A stretch of 64,000 nucleotides of DNA from Macrostomum lignano. Lineage: Eukaryota. Below, piece after piece: positions 40,455 through 49,940 of the stretch (within the stretch, counting starts at the first letter, position 1; every line of letters begins with the position of its first letter). Below the pieces are notes generated by a model, which saw only the letters and a program-made list of their open reading frames with translations, did not search any database and was not told the origin of the DNA. Both the position numbers and the translations under genes were made by a program. The DNA lies in the NCBI GenBank assembly GCA_002269645.1, contig NIVC01000276.1, positions 186,001-250,000 on the forward strand, read 5' to 3'.

Positions 40455-40529
40455 CTCAGAATAAATGCATGCTTTTTTCTTTAAAAGATTTTTCTTCTGC
40501 GATTGTTGAAGCTGCATGATAATCTATTC

Positions 40530-41577
40530 ATATGTAGCCTAGAGGGGGTTATAGCCTAGAGGGGGTTGTAGCCTAGAGGGGGTTTTAGCCTAGAGGGGGT
40601 TGTAGCCTAGAGGGGGTTGCAGCCTATAGGGGGTTGCAGCCTAGAGGGGGTTGTAGCCTAGAGGGGGTTGTAGCCTAGAGGGGGTTGTAGCCTAGAGGGG
40701 GTTGTAGCCTAGAGGGGTTGTAGCCTAGAGGGGGTTGCAGCCTAGAGGGGGTTGTAGCCTAGAGGGGGTTGTAGCCTAGAGGGGGTTGTAGCCTAGAGGG
40801 GGTTGTAGCCTAGAGGGGGTTGCAGCCTAGAGGGGGTTGTAGCCTAGAGGGGGTTGCAGCCTAGAGGGGGTTGCAGCCTAGAGGGGGTTGTAGCCTAGAG
40901 GGGGTTGTAGCCTAGAGGGGGTTGCAGCCTAGAGGGGGTTGTAGCCTAGAGGGGGTTGTAGCCTAGAGGGGGTTGTAGCCTAGAGGGGGTTGTAGCCTAG
41001 TGAGGGGGTTGTAGCCTAGTGAGGGGTTGTAGCCTAGTAAGGGGTCGTAGCCTAGAGGGTGTTGTAGCCTAGAGGGGGTTGCAGCCTAGAGGGGGTTGTA
41101 GCCTAGAGGGGGTTGTAGCCTAGAAGGTGTTGTAGCCTAGAGTGGGTTATAGCCTAGAGGGTGTTGTAGCCTAGAGGGTGTTGTAGCCTAGAGGGGGTTA
41201 TAGCCTAGAGGGTGTTGTAGCCTAGAGGGTTTTGTAGCCTAGAGGGGGTTTTAGCCTAGAGGGGGTTGCAGCCTAGAGGGGGTTGTAGCCTAGAGGGGGT
41301 TGTAGCCTAGAGGGGGTTGTAGCCTAGAGGGGGTTGTAGCCTAATGAGGGGGTTGTAGCCTAGAGGGGGTTGTAGCCTAGAGGGGGTTGTAGCCTAGAGG
41401 GGGTTGTAGCCTAGAGGGGGTTGTAGCCTAGAGGGGGTTGTAGCCTAGAGGGGGTTGTAGCCTAATGAGGGGGTTGTAGCCTAGTGAGGGGTTGTAGCCT
41501 AGTGAGGGGGTTGTAGCCTAGTGAGGGGTTGTAGCCTAGTGAGGGGTTGTAGCCTAGTGAGGGGTTGTAGCCTAGTG
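40530..41577. repeat. 17-bp minisatellite (GTAGCCTAGAGGGGGTT)n continuous with a SINE 5' end
   Basis: ~60 units; the last units grade through GTAGCCTAGTGAGGGGTT into GTAGCCTAGTGGTTAGAGCG. Confidence 0.95.
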
Positions 41578-41880
41578 GTTAGAGCGTCACGACTCACGAC
41601 TGATAGGTCTGGAGTTCGATTCTCGACCCACTCGGAACAATTTGTGTCCTTGAGCAAAACGCTTAGTTCTGCATTGCTTCAGTTCACCCAGCTGTAAAAT
41701 GGGTGCCAGCATTAGCTGGGGTAACTGAGGGTGTGTGGCCAACCCCCCCCCCCCAGTCCTTGGACTGAACAGCCGTACGCAGCCTTCAGATGCGCCGCGT
41801 AATAGCTGCGGCTGAGCTGTCGGTTGCACATCTGGCGAATTGGGGCAGGTGTAATCAATTATTATTAATAATAACTATTA
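41562..41880 (+). mobile_element. tRNA-derived SINE with a CORE/V-SINE-like central domain
   Basis: A box TAGCCTAGTGG, B box GAGTTCGATTC, core TGTGTCCTTGAGCAA...CAGTTCACCCAGCTGTAAAATGGG, and an (ATT)-rich tail near 41860. Confidence 0.8.
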
Positions 41881-42229
41881 TGTATCGAATATATAATCTT
41901 CATTCATTCAGTATTATTTGCCACAGAAAATGTTTTTGAAAGTTTTTTTTCTGTTTTGTAAGAGCATTCTGGCAACAGTTTTTGAGAAATCGAAATTACT
42001 TTCTATTGATTTGAGTTCTTATTTTTCGCTTGCTTAATTAAATTGCCGCCGTTGAAACAGTAAAACAGTACAAGAGTATATTTTTGACTGATTTTGCACT
42101 TTTTCGATGAAACCCAAAGCAGCGTGTTATAGATTAATTCATAATGGATTCTGTAAACTCTTCAGAATATATACAGAATGCCAACGGTTCGAGCTGACTT
42201 GGCATTCAGTGTTAGCTTGTTATTGTCTT

Positions 42230-42865
42230 AATGCAACCAGCTCTGCTCATTATTCACTCATCACCATCTCTGCTCATGACTCACCTATCACCAGCTCTGC
42301 TCATGACTCACCCATCACCAGCTCTGCTCATGACTCACCCATCACCAGCTCTGCTCATGGCTCACCTATCACCAGCTCTGCTCATGGCTTACTCATCACC
42401 AGCTCTGCTCATGACTCACTCATCAACAGCTCTGCTCATGACTCACCTATCACCAGCTCTGCTCATGACTCACTCATCACCAGCTCTGCTCATGACCCAC
42501 TCATCACCAGCTCTGCTCATGACCCACCCATCACCAGCTCTGCTCATGACTCACCCATCACCAGCTCTGCTCATGACTCACTCATCACCAGCTCTACTCA
42601 TGACCCACTCATCACCAGCTCTGCTCATGACTCACTCAGCACCAGCTCTGCTCATGACTCACTCATCACCAGCTCTGCTCATGACCCACTCATCACCAGC
42701 TCTGCTCATGACCCACCCATCACCAGCTCTGCTCATGACTCACTCATCACCAGCTCTGCTCATGACCCACTCAGCACCAGCTCTGCTCATGACTCACTCA
42801 GCACCAGCTCTGCTCATGACTCACCTATCACCAGCTCTGCTCATGGCTCACTCATGACTAGTTCT
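42230..42865. repeat. 27-bp minisatellite (ATCACCAGCTCTGCTCATGACTCACCC)n
   Basis: Direct periodicity. Confidence 0.95.
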
Positions 42866-43320
42866 ACTCATTCCACCTTCTAGGACGAAATAGAGACAAG
42901 AGACGTAGCAGACTCAGATAAATGATTTTGATCTCGTATCTATTGTACAAAAGTTTGCAACTCGAAAATTTGAACTGGTATTAAGCGGGAAGATTATGTA
43001 GAGAAAGCATAACTCATAGTTTTGGACCCGAAAAACTTTGAGAGACTGCTTAAGCACACCTTAGAATCCACAGTATTTTGATGTCTTTTTCATTTCGAAC
43101 AGCGCTTTTACATGTAGAAGTGCTCTTTTGGTGACTAGGCATTCATCATCGCCGAAAATACGAGGAGCGTGTGACCTGGCGAAATTTTAACGTCGAATAA
43201 CGTTGCATCATTGTAGTTCGTTCATTCATAATTTTATCTCATATTTCAGTATTCTTGGCTTGTGGGCCTGTCATTGACTAAAATAGTTTCTGCATAGAAG
43301 CAAACGAACAAGTGGTGCTT

Positions 43321-43358
43321 TGAGTCATTAATGAATTAAATTTTTCTTGAATGAGTCA
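43321..43358. promoter_or_regulatory. Two AP-1 consensus sites (TGAGTCA at 43321 and 43352) upstream of receptor gene 7; TATA-like TATAAA near 43430
   Basis: Exact consensus matches ~130-160 bp before ATG 43484. Confidence 0.4.
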
Positions 43359-43483
43359 TGACGCCGAGTTGCTCTGTCTATTAATAGAACGTTAACACGA
43401 GCTCAGTGTGTACGTACACGAAATAGCAATATAAAGTTGTTTGAAATACTTTTGTTTGATATTCCCAGAGTTAACAATAAAGC

Positions 43484-44234
43484 ATGCTGATTTTCAAGTC
43501 ACCATGGGAGACCTGGTCCCTGTTATTGCTAATGGTTGCGGCTTTGAATGATGCAACAAGAACAGCAGACTGCCCGGTAAATCAGCGCTTCGACCCCAGC
43601 ATCAGCATGTGCGTGCAACTTCAGCCTCTACCAAAGTTCGACGCTTTGACCACTGGATGGATGGGTCAGATTTCCACAGACTCGACAATGAACCACGTCG
43701 GTAGTACGTCGCAAAATCCCTCGACAGAGAGACTGACGCCGAGCATCATTGCACTACTGGCGCTTGCTGGTATGGCGGCTTTCGGAATGTTGTTGTACCG
43801 ATTGGTGACTTTGGTTAGACAGAAGCGTCAGGACAAGCTGCTCACCTGGTCAAGAACAGATGTTGAGGCCGGCCGAATTAACAGTGGTGGTTGTGACAGC
43901 GGTAAAATCAGCATTGGCAGTCATGAAGCTTTCGGTAAGAGTTCAAATATTTTATTGTATTGTCTGTAACTAACTACTGAATATACATGTAGTTCATTCT
44001 GTTCATGAGGATCGACAGGTTTGATCTCGTGAGCTTTTGTTCCTAAAGACTTAACTTTAAACTTTCTCAGGTGGTAATCTGGTCCCAGTGATCAACAAGT
44101 GGCCGCTGCCACCTGTCCCTGAGGAAGAGCTCCTTCAGGACGTTCAACATGACGATGGGCCAGATGGTGCAGAGGCATTCAATCTGCTGGTCAGGGACCC
44201 TGTGCGACCGGAGTACGCGGGACTGGGTAGTTGA
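43484..44234 (+). CDS. Receptor-like type I membrane protein 7 with a minimal two-Cys CRD-like motif; exons 43484-43934 and 44071-44234 (~204 aa)
   Basis: Signal WSLLLLMVAALNDA; CPVNQRFDPSISMC; TM IIALLALAGMAAFGMLLYRLVTLV. A phase-1 GTAAG...CTCAG intron leads to a tail with KWPLPPVPEEE and DPVRPEYAGLGS*. Confidence 0.8.
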
Positions 44235-44769
44235 CAGCTGCGGATAGCGTATTATAGTTCAATTTATATAAATGCAGACTTTTTACAATATTTAATGCAA
44301 TATATGAGTAGAAAAAGTTAATATATTTGTTTGTTTTTCCTTCGTTGTATCAATTAAATCAAATAATTCAGCTGATACTGTGAAATATACATATCAGTAC
44401 CATATGTACCCTCATTTAATTGATGCCCGTTAATTGATACGAAGTAATAATAATGAAAAATAATGTTCTGACCGGATGAACGAAGTACTTCTTGAACTTC
44501 AAAGACAGCCGCAATGTAAAATTGAAATATTGTATATCTACAATCTAACATTGAATTTAGAGATAATAAAAACAACGTAATCAAGATACAAGAACGTTAC
44601 AACATATTATTACTGACAGATTAAACGAAAACCGAGATAAGTGGATGAAAGAAAGTGGGTGCACGGTGAAACGCCCAAAAATTTGTGGTGGACAGTATAA
44701 AATAAGAAAAGTCAGAAAATCTTTAAATGCACACCAGTCACTCTGTCATATAGTTGGCTGTTGCGGGTA

Positions 44770-45650
44770 TGTTTAATTTCCTTTATGTACAATGCTTTTA
44801 AAGTTAGTAGCTTTCCACCACTGTATTGACTTGTCAATAATACTACGAGCTAAATTGGTCAATCTGTTAGCGTTGTGTACAGTGGTTGCACACGAGGTGA
44901 TCATGCACAGTGGACACTTTTTGAAATGTTCCTTTGCTCTTGTGTGCAGGTTTCGCTCTGTTTTACCAATGTCAAACTGGCTCTGCTCAGAAAAATTTGT
45001 AAATGACACCAACAACAACAACAACAACAGAGTACGCTGTTAGTTCGCAAAAGCAGCGTCAGATGGCTCGCTTCGAAGCTTGGGCGCGATCAAAGGCCGC
45101 ACCGCCGGCAGAGTCCGGGGCGCCGGCGTCAGCCAGCAGCCAGCAGTCCTCGCCTGTCCCCGCCGGTAGGGTGCCTGCAACGTAAGTAGCAGCACTTCCT
45201 GCACCGGCTCCGGACAGTAGGCCTCGGCGCCTGCCAGCTGGAGTCGCCGACGGTGCAGCAGATCGCTAGGACGGGCCAGGCCGGCGCGATGATAGAGCGC
45301 CGTGTTGGTGACTCGCTCGTTGCCGATCTTGAAGGCGGCGCGCAGCAGGCCAGCGTGCGCCGCGTCAACTTGAGCCTCGAGCGAGTCTGTCAGCGTCCAG
45401 GTCTCGGCGTTGTATAACAGGACGGTCTCGATCACCGCCTGGAACAGCGCCGCCCTCTGGCGGTCCGGCACCAGCATGTGCATTTAGTCGCTTAGTAACA
45501 GTACACTTGAGGTTTTTGAGTAAGATTAATCATTTTCTCATTGCGTTTTTTGGTTTAGAACCAAACTTTTTGTCGATGAAGTTGTTGACCTCAGTTTCAA
45601 CAAACTTTTTAGGGTAATCGTTTTTTGTAAAATATTTTATTAAAAAGGTA
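44770..45650 (-). mobile_element. Degenerate Penelope-like element fragment, interrupted by a LINE at ~45010-45483
   Basis: IGKTERNLHTRAKEH (GIY-YIG endonuclease motif) at ~44970-44925. FTKNDYPKKFVETEVNNFIDK at ~45630-45570 resembles the Penelope RT C-terminal NGYP motif. Confidence 0.65.
45010..45483 (-). mobile_element. 5'-truncated non-LTR retrotransposon (RTE-like) 3' end with a (GTT)n tail
   Basis: LFQAVIETVLLYNAETWTLT...LLRAAFKI...VTNTALY..AGL..PS.LL.RRRLQLAG is the post-RT region typical of RTE-type LINEs; microsatellite tail at 45010-45028. Confidence 0.82.
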
Positions 45651-45993
45651 AGCTCAGTATGAAATAAGGACCAACTGCTACACACACGGCAGGCTCATCT
45701 ATGCAAACCGAATCAATGGGGTCGTACCTCGTAATTTCTAGAAATAGCCTCACGCATTGCTATGGAATATGCCATTGTATTTGAAGCTTTGCTGCTATAT
45801 ATGATGTATATATATAAGTAATAGCTATTATAGCTCGTATTACATAATGGTCCAATATAGCACGCCTTAAACTTGATGGCATTCATTAAACAAGAATGAA
45901 TTGCCACAGATTCTCCATGGACCAGCCGTGGAGAAAACATAAAACGCATCGATCGTTAAAGACGAATTTTAGAACAATCCCTGACTACTCGAC

Positions 45994-46641
45994 ATGGCTG
46001 TAAACATGAAGCGCTTGTTAAACATTTTTGCTAGACTGCTCGCTCTGCTGTGTACGCATCTGTTGGACCTCGTCTTCGCGTATCCGGTGTGTCCCGAGAA
46101 CACCAAGCTCGACCCTCACATTGGCCAGTGCGTCTTGACGCAGCCACCAGCGTTGAGCAGCGTAACCATGACAACGCCAGCGCCTGGTGACCGAGTCACA
46201 TCTCGTGAGTCTTCAACACTGCCAGCACCTTTGGATGAGTCAAGCGCAGTCTCCGTCTTTTTAAGCGGAGAAACCTGGTTGCTGGTGATCGTCGTCTGCT
46301 TGTGCGTAGCATTTCTCACCGGAGTTGCCGCTTTGATTGCTTGGCTTTTGAAGCGATTGAAAAAGATCGAGCTAAAATCCATGCTCAGGCAGTCAACTGG
46401 CAGCTCCACTCGTCTCCGCACGACTTCCCGTAGTGAGCAGACGCCAGAGCAGCAGCCGATGACTGAGGCAGTCGCCACTCCCGTGCAGAGCAGGCCGCTA
46501 CCGACTCCACCGGAGCAGCAATTAGCGTTGCAGGAACATTCCGGATTTGATGCCAGAGAAGAAGACCCGCTGGCAGCTGCGGAGACACCGGTTGCGGCAT
46601 ATGCCGGCGCCTCAACTGTGGACAATGAAGAAATTAACTGA
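45994..46641 (+). CDS. Receptor-like type I membrane protein 8 with a minimal two-Cys CRD-like motif, 215 aa
   Basis: Signal RLLALLCTHLLDLVFA; CPENTKLDPHIGQC; Ser/Thr/Pro stalk; TM WLLVIVVCLCVAFLTGVAALIAWLL then KRLKK; tail with SRPLPTPPEQ and PVAAYAG. Confidence 0.82.
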   Translation: MAVNMKRLLNIFARLLALLCTHLLDLVFAYPVCPENTKLDPHIGQCVLTQPPALSSVTMTTPAPGDRVTSRESSTLPAPLDESSAVSVFLSGETWLLVIVVCLCVAFLTGVAALIAWLLKRLKKIELKSMLRQSTGSSTRLRTTSRSEQTPEQQPMTEAVATPVQSRPLPTPPEQQLALQEHSGFDAREEDPLAAAETPVAAYAGASTVDNEEIN

Positions 46642-47139
46642 TGGCTTTTTTATGTAGTTTATGTTATGCATTATTGGTTTATGTTGTGCTTTATCATACG
46701 AGCGTAATTATTCGGAACTAAATTTGTGAGGCAAAATTCTAGAGTTTTTTGTTTGTTTTATTTTACGACGAGAAATGAACAGTAAAACTAATGAATAAAT
46801 TGTGCAAAGTGAATTCATTCAAAAGGCTGCTTTTTTTATCTATCAGATACTGAAATTCTTTCCGATAAAATGAAATACAGCCAAATTTGCGAGTAACCAA
46901 AGCCTGAGCGGCTTCTGAATCAGAGTTGAAAATTTGAACATGGAACTGACGAAGTACTCATTATAGCAATTACACACCATTACATAGCAAATTTACACAT
47001 ATTGCACACTTGCTAAAAATACATTTCTAAAAATATTGTACATTGTTAGTCGTACAAGTTGGGGCACACCCATAGACTGATAAAGAAAGATAAAATTACG
47101 TACGACCTAAATTGTCTTCCATCACATACAAAGATAATT

Positions 47140-47665
<526 letters not shown>

Positions 47666-47842
47666 ATATATCCTTGATATAAATTATTTTAGGGCGCATT
47701 TGCAGAGTAAGCAACGAGACGTGGCTGCAGCTGCTTATCTCTGTACTGCAGTGGAATTTATTTCGCTCGCTGAGCGAGAGTCCTGCTTAGGCCTAACTAA
47801 GCAGAGCTCATTTAAAAAAGAGAGCAATTCATTGAAATTTTT

Positions 47843-48391
47843 ATGCAGCGCGCGTCGGCAACGAAACTGTCGGTGCTGTGCGCGCTGCTCCTGCTGAACC
47901 TGTGCCTCAGTCCGGCCGGATCGTCCAGCATCCGGGCTTCCCGGCTGTTCAAGAGCAGAGCGTCCGGCTGCCCCCCAGGCAGCTACCTGGCCAGGCCATC
48001 GCTGCTGTCCGTCCTAGCCGAGCCCGAGTGCAGGCCGTGTCCGAGCTCTGAACCGGACAGCGGAAAACCTCCTGGCCGGCTGGACTGGCTCTACAGGCGG
48101 GCCTTCCAGCTGGTGCACCCGGAGTGCGCGGCCGAGGCCAGCAAGAAGAACGCGGAAGGACAGCGGCGCCTCGGCCTGGGCGGGCTCGGCGCTCTGGCGG
48201 CGGGCGTTGCCATGGCCGGAGCTGTACTTTTTGTGGCCTATCAGAAACGACGCCTGACGCGCCGTCGAGAGCGAGACGGCGGCCCGCGGTCTGGACATCC
48301 GCTGGAACCAATCTGTGGTGGAGGACAAGTCCGGGACGCTGGGCCTGACTGGACTGAGTCTGAGATGACAGTTTCTCTAAGCGATTGCTGA
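47843..48391 (+). CDS. TNFR-like type I membrane protein 9 with a classical CRD1-like motif, 182 aa
   Basis: Signal KLSVLCALLLLNLCLSPAGS; CPPGSY...ECRPCP...HPEC; TM LGLGGLGALAAGVAMAGAVLFVAY then QKRR; short tail. Confidence 0.8.
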   Translation: MQRASATKLSVLCALLLLNLCLSPAGSSSIRASRLFKSRASGCPPGSYLARPSLLSVLAEPECRPCPSSEPDSGKPPGRLDWLYRRAFQLVHPECAAEASKKNAEGQRRLGLGGLGALAAGVAMAGAVLFVAYQKRRLTRRRERDGGPRSGHPLEPICGGGQVRDAGPDWTESEMTVSLSDC

Positions 48392-48534
48392 TTAGAATTC
48401 TCCAATGTAATTCAACTGAATTCTGATTCAAATCAAATTTATTATTCCACAATGAAATGGAAATTGATTAACAAAATGCAGGACATGGGTTTCAGTTTAT
48501 CATCAGCAAGCCACTCGGTTGCAAAGATTTGAAC

Positions 48535-49780
48535 GTTTCGATTGGGCTTTATGGGGATTGACAAATCCGGTTGAGAAAGACCGCCCAGAAACAGGAAGAA
48601 CACACCGAGGAGACAGGAAAGGCTAAAATTCTGTGGCTCATGGGGGTTGCTGAGATGCCAAAGGTCTATTGGGAGTTGTTGGTAGGCCAAACATCAAAGG
48701 AAGAATTTGGGTTAAGGCATGGCTTTTATTCCAAAGCTCTTAGGGGATGCAGATATCTTAGGCTGGACAGCTGGCTTTCATGGCTGATGCTTTGTTACTT
48801 TAAAACATCATTTTCCTTAAGAAACTAGCTCTAGCGACTGTACAAGGTCGTAAACAGAACCTGCGTGTACGAGCAGTGTACGGGAGGGTGGGGCAGATCG
48901 CTAGTACAAGCGTTCCATGGCAATCCCATGGGTTTTAAGTTTCTGAACTTGGAACTAAGTCTAAAAATAGAATCACGTTCGTACGAGTACACTGTACAAC
49001 AAAGCAATGCCTTTGGGCTTGTGGAAGAAGCTTTGTACAGATTCTACACCCTTGTTACAGCCACAGCGGTTATAAATCGTTTTTTTCCAAAGGAATTAGC
49101 AAAAATTTGATCGTTACGATTGGGCTTAATGGGGATTGACAAATTCGGTTGGGATAGGCCGCCCAGAAACAGGAAGAACACACTGAGGAGACAGGAAAGG
49201 CTGCGGTTTGCGCTAGGCTTGCACTTGAGCAAACCGGCTTTGTGCCCAAGCACGCTCCTTCTGTGTGTACGTTCTGTTTCGTGTTGGTTAGGTGGGCGCC
49301 CGCCCCTCCGCCGGTGGGGGGTATTTTGTTCCTGTCGCGCTGCTGAGCAGGCAAGGGCACTAAAGCTAAAATTATGTGGCTTACGGGGGTTGCTGAGATG
49401 CCAAGGGTCAATTGGGAGCTGTTGGTTGGCCAAACATCAATGGAAGAGTTAGGGTTAAGCCATGGCTTCAAGAGAGGCTTTGATGCCAGAGCTCACGGGG
49501 GTTCTGATATCTTAGGTCAGATATTTGACTTTCATGGCTAATGCTTTTTTGCTTTAAAAATCATTTTCCTTAAGATACTAACAATGGCAAAGGTCAAAAC
49601 CTACGTGTACGAGTAGTTTTCGAGGGTGAGGCAGATTGCTAGTACGAGCGTACTAGCTTGTATCAAAGTGCAAAAGTTCGTTTTGGAATATCCATGGATT
49701 TTACCTTTCGTCTACTTGGCACTAAACATCAGCTCTAAATATAGAATCACATGGCACACATCAAGCAAGATTTGTACAGT
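48535..49780. repeat. Imperfect tandem duplication of a ~470-bp non-coding unit (48535-49000 vs 49112-49780, the second with a ~160-bp insert)
   Basis: Shared blocks GATTGGGCTT.ATGGGGATTGACAAAT, CCCAGAAACAGGAAGAACACAC.GAGGAGACAGGAAAGGCT and CGTGTACGAG...GCAGAT.GCTAGTAC. Confidence 0.8.
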
Positions 49781-49940
49781 AATGTACAGGATAGCACCAA
49801 TTTAGTAAAAAATATGTACACTACCAAACGTACCTTGTAATACGACTCTCAAAATAGATGTATATAAGACTCCCCACGAGCTCTCAGCTATATACGAGGA
49901 ATTATTAAAAATAATTCAAGCAGCTTGTGAGCCCGACAAA

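Noticed and set aside
42107-42883. 258-aa ITSSAHDSP mucin-like ORF inside the receptor cluster
   Set aside because: 27-bp repeat with no signal peptide, no TM and no unique coding context.
44580-44770. Hammerhead ribozyme near the Penelope relic
   Set aside because: CTGACAGA...GAAA does not fit the CUGANGA core and no helices were found.
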